Source: Patescibacteria group bacterium | GTDB taxonomy: Bacteria > Patescibacteriota > Minisyncoccia > Phycocordibacterales > EsbW-18 | DNA length: 64,000 nucleotides | NCBI GenBank assembly: GCA_038063815.1 | Contig: JBBTUJ010000002.1 | Coordinates: forward strand, 70,511-134,510 | Direction: 5' to 3' | Part shown: positions 35,599-45,373 of the stretch, in pieces | How positions within the stretch are numbered: position 1 is the first letter of the stretch | Layout: each line of letters begins with the position of its first letter | The notes under the pieces: model-generated | Databases searched by the model: none | What the model was told of the DNA's origin: nothing | The model's input: only the letters and a program-made list of their open reading frames with translations | Translations under genes and position numbers: made by a program

Positions 35599-37506
35599 CT
35601 ATCCCTTGGGTTGCTCGGTTTCTGAGGGCTTTTGGTCACCCTCTGTCCCCTGTTGTGGGTTGTCTGTTGTTTGTTGTGGGTTACTTTGTGAGCCGTCCGA
35701 GGCCGAGCTAGACATTGCAGGACCGATTTTTTGCATTTCGGCGATGAGTTCTTCGTTTGCTTTTTTGACGGTGTCTGTGTCACCAGTGTCTTTTACTTTC
35801 TTTAATTCATCAATTTTACCTTGAACCGCGGTCTTGATATCAGCAGGAACTTTGTCACCGGCATCTGTGAGCGCTTTTTCGGCAATAGCGAGCGTGTGTT
35901 CTGCGGTGTTCCGTACATCAACGAGATCTTTCTTTTTCTGGTCTTCGTCAGCGTGTTTCTCCGCTTCGTCTTTCATCCGTTTGATGTCTGCTTCCGAGAG
36001 TGCGCTTGAGCCCTCGATGCGGATGGATTGTTCCTTGCCGGACGTCTTATCTTTTGCTTTCACTGTCAAAATACCGTTTGCATCGAGGTCGAATGTGACT
36101 TCAACCTGCGGCGCGCCTCGTGGTGCGGGTGGAATACCTTCGAGAACGAAGCGTCCGAGCGTTCTGTTGTCAGCCGCCATGGGACGCTCACCTTGCACGA
36201 CATGGATTTCAACAGATGTTTGGTTGTCGGATGCTGTTGAGAATGTTTGCGACTTACTTGCAGGGATTGTCGTGTTCTTCTCGATAAGTTTTGTTGCAAC
36301 TCCTCCCAATGTCTCAATGCCGAGCGAGAGTGGCGTCACATCAAGCAAAAGAACATCACGAACGTCTCCTTGCAAGATTCCTGCTTGAATTGCGGCACCA
36401 AGTGCAACAACTTCGTCAGGGTTGATAGAGCGATTTGGTTCTTTGCCGCCGAAGAGTTCTTTGACTGCCGCCTGGATAGCGGGCATGCGTGTCTGTCCTC
36501 CGACGAGAACAATCTCATCGATATCACTCATTGCGAACGATGAATCCTTGATGACGTCTTTTGTGATAGAAATAGCGCGGTCAATGTATTCCTTTGCAAG
36601 ACCTTCAAGAGTCGAGCGCGAGATCTTCATGACCAAGTGACGCGGTCCCGATGAGTCCGATGTGATGAATGGGAGGTTGAGTTCTGTCTCGGGAACGTTC
36701 GAGAGTTCGTGCTTTGCCTTTTCTGCCGCTTCATCGAGGCGCTGGAGAGCGAGGGGGTCCTTTGAGATATCAATGCCTGATTCTTTCCTGAATTCAGCGA
36801 GAATCCATCCGACGATTTTTTGGTCGATGTCGCGTCCACCGAGGTGGCTGTCTCCACCCGTTGCCTTCACTTCAACAACGTCTTCGGAAACCTCAAGGAC
36901 GGAGATGTCGAATGTTCCTCCTCCGAAGTCGAATACAACAATCTGCTCGTTCTTTCGCTTGTTGAATCCATATGCGAGCGCTGCCGCTGTCGGTTCGTTG
37001 ATGATACGCTTTACGTCGAGGCCTGCGATTTTGCCTGCGTCTTTCGTTGCCTTTCTCTGCGAATCATTGAAATATGCGGGAACGGTAATGACTGCTTCGG
37101 TGATTTTCTCGCCCAGTTTTGCTTCAGCATCTGCCTTGAGTTTTGAGAGAATCATCGCTGAGATCTCTTCCGGGCGGTGATCTGTGTTATTGAGTTTGAC
37201 CGCCGCACCACCATCTCCTCCCGCTACGATTTCAAATGGCACGGCCTTCTTTTCTTTTTGAACTGTTTCTTCATCAAATCGGTGTCCCATCAAGCGTTTG
37301 ATGCCGTAGATGGTGTTCTTGGGGTTGGTGACGGCCTGACGGCGTGCAATAAGCCCCACAAGGCGGTCTCCTGTCTTTGAGATAGCAACAACAGAGGGTG
37401 TTGTACGAGCGCCATCGGCATTCTCGATGATTGTGGGTTCACCTCCTTGTATTACAGCCATTGCGCTGTTTGTCGTTCCGAGGTCGATTCCAAGTACTTT
37501 GCTCAT
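35599..37506 (-). CDS. dnaK: chaperone DnaK (Hsp70)
   Basis: 635 aa. [21 protein letters not shown] and the rest of the Hsp70 signature set. Confidence 0.95.
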   Translation of the reverse strand: MSKVLGIDLGTTNSAMAVIQGGEPTIIENADGARTTPSVVAISKTGDRLVGLIARRQAVTNPKNTIYGIKRLMGHRFDEETVQKEKKAVPFEIVAGGDGGAAVKLNNTDHRPEEISAMILSKLKADAEAKLGEKITEAVITVPAYFNDSQRKATKDAGKIAGLDVKRIINEPTAAALAYGFNKRKNEQIVVFDFGGGTFDISVLEVSEDVVEVKATGGDSHLGGRDIDQKIVGWILAEFRKESGIDISKDPLALQRLDEAAEKAKHELSNVPETELNLPFITSDSSGPRHLVMKISRSTLEGLAKEYIDRAISITKDVIKDSSFAMSDIDEIVLVGGQTRMPAIQAAVKELFGGKEPNRSINPDEVVALGAAIQAGILQGDVRDVLLLDVTPLSLGIETLGGVATKLIEKNTTIPASKSQTFSTASDNQTSVEIHVVQGERPMAADNRTLGRFVLEGIPPAPRGAPQVEVTFDLDANGILTVKAKDKTSGKEQSIRIEGSSALSEADIKRMKDEAEKHADEDQKKKDLVDVRNTAEHTLAIAEKALTDAGDKVPADIKTAVQGKIDELKKVKDTGDTDTVKKANEELIAEMQKIGPAMSSSASDGSQSNPQQTTDNPQQGTEGDQKPSETEQPKG

Positions 37507-37557
37507 AGTTTATTAGTTTAAAAGTTTTTAAGTTTGTTCGTTCGTGAAGTAAAAATG

Positions 37558-38127
37558 CTATTCCCCTTTGAATTCTCCGACAACAACGCGGGCGGGACGT
37601 AGCAAAAGGTCCTTCATACGATACCCCTTCTGAAGAACCGCGACAATTGTGCCATCGTCATTTTTGTTTTCAACTGGTACAAGTGAGACCGATTCGTGTT
37701 CGTGCGGAGAAAAATGTTCTCCAACGGGATTCACAACTTCAACACCATTTTTCTCAAGAGTTTTTAAAAGATCAGCGTAGATGTGCATGATGCCGTCGCT
37801 CCAATTCTTCGGTGCGCTCTCCCATGCCGCCTTATCTTCAAACGCTCTCTCGAACGTATCGAGTGCAGTGATGACATCGAGGAGGACCTTTGATGCGCCT
37901 TTCGTAAGAGACCTTTCTTCATCTGCAAGAGCGTTACGCTTCAAGTTAACAAAGTCCGCTTTTGTACGTTGCCATCCTTCGAGATATTCTTGTCGGTCTT
38001 TGAGGGCGACCGCGAGTTCCTCGCGAAGTTTCTTCTCGCTCTTCCCTTTTATGCGAGCATCACCTTCGTTTTCTTCTGAAACGAAAGAAATGTCGTCTTC
38101 TGGGGGATTGTTGGGTTGTTTTGTCAT
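37558..38127 (-). CDS. grpE: nucleotide exchange factor GrpE
   Basis: 189 aa. Position upstream of dnaK, coiled-coil N-terminus, C-terminal GrpE beta domain. Confidence 0.85.
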   Translation of the reverse strand: MTKQPNNPPEDDISFVSEENEGDARIKGKSEKKLREELAVALKDRQEYLEGWQRTKADFVNLKRNALADEERSLTKGASKVLLDVITALDTFERAFEDKAAWESAPKNWSDGIMHIYADLLKTLEKNGVEVVNPVGEHFSPHEHESVSLVPVENKNDDGTIVAVLQKGYRMKDLLLRPARVVVGEFKGE

Positions 38128-38193
38128 ACTTTATAAAAGCCGAAATTCGAAACACGAAATCCGAAACAAACCAGCAGAGTTAAAACTAGCAAC

Positions 38194-38604
38194 CTAACGC
38201 TTTGCCCATTGCGGAGATTTGCGCGCCTTTTTGAGTCCAAATTTCTTTCTTTCAACGCGACGTGCATCTCGGCGGAGGAATCCTAATGGCTTCAACATCG
38301 CGCGGAGGTCCTTATCGTGGACGATGAGAGCGCGTGCAGTTCCCAAACGAACCGCTTCTGCTTGTGCGCGAACGCCACCTCCTTTCACTTGTACGGTAAC
38401 GACGGGGTGTTTTTCTCCGGCCTTCACAAGCGCTTCTTGGACGATGTGCTGGTATTCAGCGAGAGGAAAATAAACCGCGAGTGGTTTCTCGTTCACGATG
38501 AACGAGCCCTTGGTACCACCAAATGTCACACGAACACGTGCGATTGCTTCTTTTCGGCGTCCGATTCCTTCGATATAACGATGTGTAGCGTGTGCGGTAG
38601 CCAT
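38194..38604 (-). CDS. rpsI: 30S ribosomal protein S9
   Basis: 136 aa. GRRKEAIARVRV and the C-terminal ...KKFGLKKARKSPQWAKR. Confidence 0.9.
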   Translation of the reverse strand: MATAHATHRYIEGIGRRKEAIARVRVTFGGTKGSFIVNEKPLAVYFPLAEYQHIVQEALVKAGEKHPVVTVQVKGGGVRAQAEAVRLGTARALIVHDKDLRAMLKPLGFLRRDARRVERKKFGLKKARKSPQWAKR

Positions 38605-38606
38605 AC

Positions 38607-38948
38607 TTATTCTTCGATGATGAGATTTTTTAACATTTTGGGGCGGAGTTTATTGCTTGGAAGCATGCCGCGGATGGCTCTTTTGAGGAGTTCTCCGTGA
38701 CCTTTCTTTGCGATCGCATGTTCCATCGTCTCGTGCTTGAGACCTCCTGGATAGCCACTGTAGCGCACGTAGACGGTCTCTCGGGCCTTTGCGGGGTCGA
38801 TAGAGAGCTTCGATGCGTTCGTGATGGTCACCTTTCGGTCGAGCACCTTGTTGCGGGCAAAATCAGGCGCATCCTTCCCCATGAGAAGAGACGCGACCTC
38901 ACTTGCGAGGCGTCCTAACTTTTTGTCCTTTGCGTCAATGGTGATCAT
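38607..38948 (-). CDS. rplM: 50S ribosomal protein L13
   Basis: 113 aa. uL13-like core. The N-terminus may extend upstream via a non-ATG start. Confidence 0.8.
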   Translation of the reverse strand: MITIDAKDKKLGRLASEVASLLMGKDAPDFARNKVLDRKVTITNASKLSIDPAKARETVYVRYSGYPGGLKHETMEHAIAKKGHGELLKRAIRGMLPSNKLRPKMLKNLIIEE

Positions 38949-38951
38949 ATA

Positions 38952-39308
38952 TTAAACAAACTCTACTACGGCTCGCGGTGCCGCATCGCTCTTTCGTGTG
39001 CTGATTTTTGTAATACGGAGATATCCGCCGGCCCTATCTTTATATTTTGCTGCAAGAGTGTCAAGAAGTTTCTTCGCGACGCGAGGGTCCTTCGTTCCCA
39101 ACCGAGCGATGATATCACGACGCGCTGCAAGATCTCCTTTTTTCGCTTTGGTAACGAGTTTTTCAACAAGAGGACGAATCTCCTTTGCGCGCGGCAACGT
39201 AGTGATGATTTTCTCTTTGAGAATGAGAGCAGATGCAAGCGAGCGAAGGAACGCGCGCCGGATGTCTGTTTCTCTTCCAAATTTTCTGTGTACGTTGTGG
39301 TGTCGCAT
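38952..39308 (-). CDS. rplQ: 50S ribosomal protein L17
   Basis: 118 aa. MRHHNVHRKFGRETDIRRAFLRSLA is typical of bL17. Confidence 0.9.
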   Translation of the reverse strand: MRHHNVHRKFGRETDIRRAFLRSLASALILKEKIITTLPRAKEIRPLVEKLVTKAKKGDLAARRDIIARLGTKDPRVAKKLLDTLAAKYKDRAGGYLRITKISTRKSDAAPRAVVEFV

Positions 39309-39395
39309 GGTGGTGGGTCGTTTGTTGTCGGTTGTTAGGGTTGGTTTGGCTGTAGTCGTTGGTTGTAGGTCGTCGGTCGTTGGTTACTTAAGCGT
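39305..39395 (+). repeat. G/T-rich low-complexity repeat, copy C (a CA-rich G-less leader of rplQ on the minus strand)
   Basis: GGTCGTTTGTTGTCGGTTGTTAGGGTTGG...GTCGTTGGTTGTAGGTCGTCGGTCGTTGGTTA is homologous to copies A and B. Confidence 0.6.
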
Positions 39396-40361
39396 CATTC
39401 CGTAGTTCGCAAGTGCGCGACGGATTTCCTGAAGTCCCTTGTCGCCCAATCCTTCAACTTTCAAGAGGTCTTCCTCTTTCTTTCGTGCAAGGCCTCCGAC
39501 GGTGCGGATATTCGCGCTATCGAGAGCGTGTTCGGTGCGTGTTGAAAGGCCCAGTGACTCGATGCGTGTCTTCAAGAACTCTTTAACGGATTCTTCCTGC
39601 ATCTGGGGCTCTTCACCTGTTGCTTTTTCTCCATCAACACCTTCGATTGCCTCGGGCGCTTCTTCCATGACGGGCTCTTCGAATCCAACGATTGCTTTCA
39701 ATTGCTCGATCATGATGGTAATCGCGCGTTCGAGTGCCTGGCGTGGTTCGAGCGTTCCGTCTGTCTCGATTGCGATTTTCAAGCGGTTGAAGTCAGTGCG
39801 GTCGCCGACACGCATGTTCTCGACTTCGTATGTTACGCGACGAATCGGTGTAAAGACCGCATCAAGCGCGATGGCACCGATTTCAACTTTATCTTTGTGA
39901 TGCATCTCCTTCGGAACGTAGCCGAGACCCTTCTCGATTGTAAGTTCGATTGAAAGATTGATTTTTCCTGTAACCTCTGCGATGTGTGCATTGGGTGTCA
40001 GAATACGAACCTGACCAGGAACAGTGAGGTCAGCCGCCGTAACGGTCTTTGGTCCTTTTGCCGAGAGCGTCACTGTTTGTGGCTCATCCGTTACCATCTC
40101 GAAGCGAACCCGCTTCAGATTCAAGAGGAGGTTGATAACGTCTTCTTTGACGCCTTCGATGGTCGAGAATTCGTGCGAAACGCCGTCAATCTTGACCGAT
40201 GTGACCGCTGCGCCCGGAAGAGACGAGAGGATGATGCGACGGAGCGAGTTACCGAGCGTGTGTCCGTATCCCGGATACAATCCGTCGATTTGGTACATGC
40301 CTGTATTTTCTTTCTCCGATATCACTTTTGGCTGTGATGCGCCGTGAATGTTGTGTTCCAT
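39384..40361 (-). CDS. rpoA: DNA-directed RNA polymerase subunit alpha
   Basis: 325 aa, with an N-terminal dimerisation domain and C-terminal alpha-CTD. Sits in the rpsM-rpsK-rpsD-rpoA-rplQ block. Confidence 0.9.
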   Translation of the reverse strand: MEHNIHGASQPKVISEKENTGMYQIDGLYPGYGHTLGNSLRRIILSSLPGAAVTSVKIDGVSHEFSTIEGVKEDVINLLLNLKRVRFEMVTDEPQTVTLSAKGPKTVTAADLTVPGQVRILTPNAHIAEVTGKINLSIELTIEKGLGYVPKEMHHKDKVEIGAIALDAVFTPIRRVTYEVENMRVGDRTDFNRLKIAIETDGTLEPRQALERAITIMIEQLKAIVGFEEPVMEEAPEAIEGVDGEKATGEEPQMQEESVKEFLKTRIESLGLSTRTEHALDSANIRTVGGLARKKEEDLLKVEGLGDKGLQEIRRALANYGMTLK

Positions 40362-40399
40362 AACTCAATCGTGTTTACACAAGTGGATAAAAAATAAAA

Positions 40400-41017
40400 T
40401 TATCGAGAATAATATTCAACAACTCCTGAAAGATTGAAAACGCTTGGCTCGGCATCTGTCTTCGGCAAAGATTTTATCTCCCACGTGTTCGCCTTCTCGT
40501 TGTAGGAAACCCACGATGGTGCGGTGCGCATCTCTTTCTTCTCATCAGCGCTCTTCACGAACGGTTTCTTTGCGATGCTTCCTGCGCGGATTGCAATGAC
40601 ATCTCCTACAGAAACTGTGTGCGATGGTACGCGGATTTTCTTACCGTTCACTGTGATGTGGCCGTGCGAAACCATCTGGCGTGCGCCTCGGTGTGTTGGG
40701 CCGAGTCCGATGCGGTAGATGACATTGTCGAGACGCATCTCAAGACGGGCGTAGAGAAGTTCAACGGTGTTTCCTACTTTGAGAGACGATTCTTTGACGT
40801 AGCGCTTGAATTGGCGTTCAGGGATGCCGTAGTACATACGGACGCGCTGTTTATCTTTGAGTGCGAGGTTATACGCGGTGATTGTTTGCTTGTGCTTGCC
40901 CTTTGTTTGGGTCTTTTTCTTTCGTGCTTCAGCAAGAGCAAAGCGCTCGGTCTGTGTCTGGTCATATACCAGAGGACCCAAGCGGCGGCCGATTTTGAAT
41001 CGTTTTGGACGGAACAT
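40400..41017 (-). CDS. rpsD: 30S ribosomal protein S4
   Basis: 205 aa, uS4 with an S4 RNA-binding domain. Confidence 0.9.
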   Translation of the reverse strand: MFRPKRFKIGRRLGPLVYDQTQTERFALAEARKKKTQTKGKHKQTITAYNLALKDKQRVRMYYGIPERQFKRYVKESSLKVGNTVELLYARLEMRLDNVIYRIGLGPTHRGARQMVSHGHITVNGKKIRVPSHTVSVGDVIAIRAGSIAKKPFVKSADEKKEMRTAPSWVSYNEKANTWEIKSLPKTDAEPSVFNLSGVVEYYSR

Positions 41018-41026
41018 ATAAAAAGT

Positions 41027-41458
41027 TTAGACGCGACGTGCTTTTTTAGGACGGGGACCGTTAAATGGAACAGGTGTTCTGTCTTCGATGAAGGAGATTC
41101 CTGCTCCGCTTTTTGCAACAAATGATCGGATTGCTGATTCTCGTCCCGCACCAACACCTTTGACGATGATGCCGACTTCACGAATGCCGATGAGTTTTCC
41201 TTGATCTCCGACGTGTTCGCCTACTTTCGCCGCAGCAAATGGTGTTCCCTTCTTCGCTCCCTTGAAACCAAGTGCACCGCTTGAAGACCAAACGATGACA
41301 CCTCCGTCTTTGTCAGAGAGAGAAACGCGCGTGTTGTTGTAAGTTGCTTCAACGTGAAGAAGTCCTTCGTCAAGTTTTTTGCGTGCAAGACGTGCTCCCG
41401 CCTGTGCGGTTCCTTCACCTTCCTTTCCTGCTTTGAGTGCTACACGTTTTTTACCCAT
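41027..41458 (-). CDS. rpsK: 30S ribosomal protein S11
   Basis: 143 aa, uS11 core (VHVEATYNNT...SSGALGFKG). Confidence 0.9.
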   Translation of the reverse strand: MGKKRVALKAGKEGEGTAQAGARLARKKLDEGLLHVEATYNNTRVSLSDKDGGVIVWSSSGALGFKGAKKGTPFAAAKVGEHVGDQGKLIGIREVGIIVKGVGAGRESAIRSFVAKSGAGISFIEDRTPVPFNGPRPKKARRV

Positions 41459-41494
41459 ATGGTTTTAAAATCCAAAATCCAAATTCCAATGAAA

Positions 41495-41875
41495 TTATTT
41501 CAAATCTACCTTACGCTTACCAGAACCCATCGTCTTTCGTACGTTTCCACGAACGGTTCGTGAGTTCGTTTTTGTGCGCTGTCCGCGAACAGGAAGACGT
41601 TTACTGTGACGCATACCTCGATACGAGGTGATGTCCTTCAGCCGTTTGACGTTTCCCGACACCTCTCGCTTCAATTCTCCTTCGAGAACAAGGCCTTCGA
41701 GTGCTTTTCGGATAGCATTTTCTTCTGTTTCTGAGAGTTCGGGTGGCTTTTTTGCTGCATCAACACCCGCACGAGCAAGAACATAGAGGGCACGCGAACG
41801 GCCGATGCCATAGACCGCCGTCAAGGCAAGAGGCATTCGTTTCGTGTCGGGGAGTGTGATTCCTGCAATACGCAT
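41495..41875 (-). CDS. rpsM: 30S ribosomal protein S13
   Basis: 126 aa, MRIAGITLPDTKRMPLALTAVYGIGR. Confidence 0.9.
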   Translation of the reverse strand: MRIAGITLPDTKRMPLALTAVYGIGRSRALYVLARAGVDAAKKPPELSETEENAIRKALEGLVLEGELKREVSGNVKRLKDITSYRGMRHSKRLPVRGQRTKTNSRTVRGNVRKTMGSGKRKVDLK

Positions 41876-41938
41876 GAGAGATAGGTTTTATGTGTTAGCT
41901 CGCAGCTTCTAAGTCCTAGAAGCTAAAAGCCCTTTGGG

Positions 41939-42052
41939 TTAGCCCTGTCGCTGTTTGTGGCGTGGATTTGAACACACGACACGTAATCGTCCATTGCGGC
42001 GGACGATTTTGCACTTATTACAACGCTTTTCAACTGATGATTTTACCTTCAT
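41939..42052 (-). CDS. rpmJ: 50S ribosomal protein L36
   Basis: Not in the ORF track because it is under 60 aa. Hand translation of the minus strand gives [37 protein letters not shown] (37 aa), the classic bL36 sequence. Confidence 0.8.
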   Translation of the reverse strand: MKVKSSVEKRCNKCKIVRRNGRLRVVCSNPRHKQRQG

Positions 42053-42154
42053 ATAACAACAAAAAACGGCGAGGCCTCAAAAGCAGCCGCGCATGCGACA
42101 GCACCATTATCCTACCACACGCCCCTTTGCCCTGCAATAGCCCCAGAGGGCATT

Positions 42155-42397
42155 TTAGAGCCGGCGGGTAATGCGGGGCTTCCCTCCGTATGAGTCGAGG
42201 AGCACTTCAACCGTGTCTCCAACGATAACGCGGATGCGGTGGAGACGCATCTTTCCTGCGAGGTATGCAATAACCGTGCCGTCTTCGCCGAGCGTCATGT
42301 CGGGCGGCGGAGTTTCAAATGAAATGCGGAAATGCGCGTTTGCGAGGGCTTCTACCACCGTGGCTCGAACGACTGTTCCTTTTGGGGTTTCGGTCAT
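42155..42397 (-). CDS. infA: translation initiation factor IF-1
   Basis: 80 aa, S1-like OB fold (GTVVRATVVEALANAHFRI...RIRVIVGDTVEV). Confidence 0.9.
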   Translation of the reverse strand: MTETPKGTVVRATVVEALANAHFRISFETPPPDMTLGEDGTVIAYLAGKMRLHRIRVIVGDTVEVLLDSYGGKPRITRRL

Positions 42398-43740
42398 GAT
42401 GCGTCTTCTGGTGATGCGACACGGACAGTGATGTCAGATGCCTCGTCGGGGAGAGAGCGTTTCCAGAACGGCTGGACAACAACATCGGCGCGCAAGATCC
42501 CGGGATATGCGGAGAAGACAGTCGGCGTGAACGAGCGGCGCTTTCCAAGAAGATCTTTGGTCAATGCTTCGGTATCAACTTTCCACACAAGTGTTGCAGG
42601 GCCAGTGATGCGCAAAGGAACAGATGTCGCCGTTTCGATATTCAGATCGTTCACGTCGGGGATTGAGACAGAAAGAGTATCTGCATCAACGAACGTCACC
42701 TCTTCTCCCGCGTAATCTGTTATCCTCGTCCGAGCAACTTCTTCGGCGATTTTATCTGTTTCGATTGCAAGCGCAGTCAAGGTTCCCTGCACTCGGATAG
42801 CAACTGTGTTCGCGGAATCTCCCTCTTTGTTCGGAAGGGGTTCGAATGCGTAGATGGCACTTTCAGGAACGAGTGTGAATCCTTCTGGCAACGTGGCCGC
42901 TGCTTTTGTAAGGAGCGCTGTTTTGAGTTCTCCCTCAAGAGCGACTTGTGCGGCCTCGGTGTCCGCAGCAGATGCTGTCTTCACGATTCCGGCGAAACCT
43001 CCTGTCATCGGTGTTTTTGAACGTCCGTAGAATGAATCGAAACGAGGGTCGTTGTTTTCTTTGAGTCCTGGAATAGTGAAATCGGAGAGCCCGATGTTGT
43101 ATTCGTCTCCGGCGGTATCCGCAAAGACATTCGTTTCAATCAAGCCAGGAACTACCTTACCGTTTGCGTCTTTATGTTTTCCAGGCACTGTGATTGATTC
43201 GGGGATACGGAAAATAAGACCATCGGTTGTTTCAAAGCGGGTATTCTTGATGAGACGTTGTACTTCCTCGTCAAAATCGTTGAACACGGCGATACGTCCT
43301 GTTGCGGCGCGCTCAACGCGTTCTTCGCCTGTTGCGGTGACTGTTTTTGTTCCTTCTTCGGAGACCGTAAGCATCTCAAAACCCACCTGACCCTCGAGAG
43401 GTGTCATAAAAGCAGTCGCCGTGTCATCAACATTGACGAGTGCAGAGCGCGGGGTGACTGTGATTGTTGCGCTCGCAAACGCGCTCCAGACAAAAAGGAG
43501 AATGATTACAAGAACAACAACGCCGATACCAATCCACAGAGCCTTGCGTGTTCTTCGTCGTCCGAACTCACGAGGTCGTGAGGGGAATGGCGGAAGGGGT
43601 GGCTCTTTTGGAATACCCGAACTCATACTTGGTTCAACAGGTCTCATCGGAGACGATGTTTCTCCTGTTAATGTTTGTGGGCGGTCAATGGCGATGTTCC
43701 GCACTGATCGACGCTCTCCTTCTTTGGTGATGTCTTGCAT
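42394..43740 (-). CDS. hypothetical membrane-anchored protein (448 aa) with Pro-rich N-terminus
   Basis: Single TM helix (ALWIGIGVVVLVIILLFVW) and a large extracytoplasmic domain. No family recognised. Confidence 0.45.
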   Translation of the reverse strand: MQDITKEGERRSVRNIAIDRPQTLTGETSSPMRPVEPSMSSGIPKEPPLPPFPSRPREFGRRRTRKALWIGIGVVVLVIILLFVWSAFASATITVTPRSALVNVDDTATAFMTPLEGQVGFEMLTVSEEGTKTVTATGEERVERAATGRIAVFNDFDEEVQRLIKNTRFETTDGLIFRIPESITVPGKHKDANGKVVPGLIETNVFADTAGDEYNIGLSDFTIPGLKENNDPRFDSFYGRSKTPMTGGFAGIVKTASAADTEAAQVALEGELKTALLTKAAATLPEGFTLVPESAIYAFEPLPNKEGDSANTVAIRVQGTLTALAIETDKIAEEVARTRITDYAGEEVTFVDADTLSVSIPDVNDLNIETATSVPLRITGPATLVWKVDTEALTKDLLGKRRSFTPTVFSAYPGILRADVVVQPFWKRSLPDEASDITVRVASPEDAS

Positions 43741-43889
43741 AGCGATGCTAGTTTGTTAATGCGTCCCGTTAGAGATTATAAAGTTTGTACGGGCATGATT
43801 CTTAATCTATATGAAATATGTGATTATCCGCGTAAGTCAGATATCTCTACGAAAACGCATTGCGTTTTCTATCTCTAACGGGATGCGAA

Positions 43890-44035
43890 TAGTATACCCT
43901 AGCACTAACTTTTGCATAGCGGCTTTTGTTGAAAACCTCAAATAGGACGCGGGTGATACTGAGTATTTAATTAAAAAAAGACCTCTTTTTATCGATCCGC
44001 AAAAACGATACAAAAGTTAGTGCGCGGGTATACTC
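43890..44035. repeat. inverted-repeat element, locus 2: arms AGTATACCCTAGCACTAACTTTTGCAT and ATACAAAAGTTAGTGCGCGGGTATACTC with an 88-bp spacer
   Basis: Arms at 43890-43919 and 44008-44035. Same family as loci 1, 3 and 4. Confidence 0.65.
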
Positions 44036-44063
44036 TTACCTTGTCTTGTAACAAATCCACAGG

Positions 44064-45251
44064 TCACTTGTTTGTCGGCTGAGGGCTCTCTTCAAGAAGC
44101 GTGGTCAAGCGAAGCAGTATGTCGTCTGATTTGACGCCGCCGGCGACGGAACAAAATGGTTTTGTCTCTTCCTCCGAGAGAACCTTGATTGTCATAGGGT
44201 CACGGAGTTTAAGCGTCTCTTTATATGCCATAAGCGTTTCGTACAGTGGCTCTCGGTATCCTTTCTCCACACGAAGGAAAAGTGCTGAAGGTGTAGTCCC
44301 GGACATAGATATTTTTTGAAGAACTTCGGTGAGCGTGTTCGCCCACTGTTCCGATGCTTTTTTAAGAGATTCCCGCACACGCTCTTTTTCTTCCCCGTGC
44401 ACCTTCGTTGTTTCTCCAGTTTCAAGTGCGTAGTTAACCTCGTGCGGAAGTGTCGCACTTCCTCGAGCGCTTTCTTCGCGGAGGAAAAGCGTTCCCTTCG
44501 GAAATGAGACCGTCAGAAGGCGGCCCTCTCTTGATGAGTGTGTTATCTCGGTCGTGCGCGATGATACATCAACAAAAAGGAAATCGGGCGAAGAAGTGTT
44601 CGTGCGTGGAAGTGTTGTGGCAACTACAAAAGGAACAGAATAGGTGCGGGGATTTTTTGTTGCAAAGAAACGCAGAACGGTTTCTTCAACTGCTCTCTTG
44701 AGTCTTGTCGGCACAGCACTTGCAAACAGAGTCATGCCAACGCGGTCTGCCTTTTTACCGTGCGGATTTGTGACCGGATACCCATTCATCGTGAATCCTG
44801 TAACAGCACTCTCGATCAGCGTCATCTGCTCATCGTGTGGCAAGATATCTTTTGCGTATGTTTCGATGAGACGTGGTATGTTCTTTTGAGATAACAGGAG
44901 CGGTGTATCGTGTTCGATTGAAACACTGCGAGCACGGGATATATACCACGGTGCGCCATAGATGATGACGAGTTTGTCAAAAAGTCCACGGGATACACGA
45001 CGCGATGCGATATGTGGAAGACCTTCTTTGTGTGTGTGTTCACACGCACGAGAAAGCGTGTTCGTAAGTGCAAGTGTTAAGCGATCAATTGACGCATCTC
45101 CTGGCGCATCAAGAGATTCTTCTATCTCGAACACAAGGGTTGGTTTCTCAGATATGGCTGAGAGAACGATACCAACACGCACAACGCCGCTTTCAAGGGC
45201 GATAAGGAGAGTGCTTTTTTCTAACTCTGTAGATCTTCCAAAAATGCTCAC
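44064..45251 (-). CDS. hypothetical protein (395 aa; GTG start), possible actin-fold/PilM-FtsA-like N-terminus
   Basis: An ORF with N-terminal LLIALESGVVRVGIV. The repeat arm lies directly upstream of the start codon. Confidence 0.35.
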   Translation of the reverse strand: MSIFGRSTELEKSTLLIALESGVVRVGIVLSAISEKPTLVFEIEESLDAPGDASIDRLTLALTNTLSRACEHTHKEGLPHIASRRVSRGLFDKLVIIYGAPWYISRARSVSIEHDTPLLLSQKNIPRLIETYAKDILPHDEQMTLIESAVTGFTMNGYPVTNPHGKKADRVGMTLFASAVPTRLKRAVEETVLRFFATKNPRTYSVPFVVATTLPRTNTSSPDFLFVDVSSRTTEITHSSREGRLLTVSFPKGTLFLREESARGSATLPHEVNYALETGETTKVHGEEKERVRESLKKASEQWANTLTEVLQKISMSGTTPSALFLRVEKGYREPLYETLMAYKETLKLRDPMTIKVLSEEETKPFCSVAGGVKSDDILLRLTTLLEESPQPTNK

Positions 45252-45257
45252 ACGAAA

Positions 45258-45364
45258 AGTTTACCCTAGCACCAACTTTTGTATAGGAGCGTTGTTGAAA
45301 AGCGATACTTAAAGTCGAATGTGACGTCGAGGAAACAGTACAAAAGTTAGTGCTGGTTGTAACA
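45258..45364. repeat. inverted-repeat element, locus 3: arms AGTTTACCCTAGCACCAACTTTTGTATAG and ACAGTACAAAAGTTAGTGCTGGTTGTAAC with a 49-bp spacer
   Basis: Same arm family. The spacer begins GTTGTTGAAAAG, as at locus 2. Confidence 0.6.
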
Positions 45365-45373
45365 CAAGGAGGT

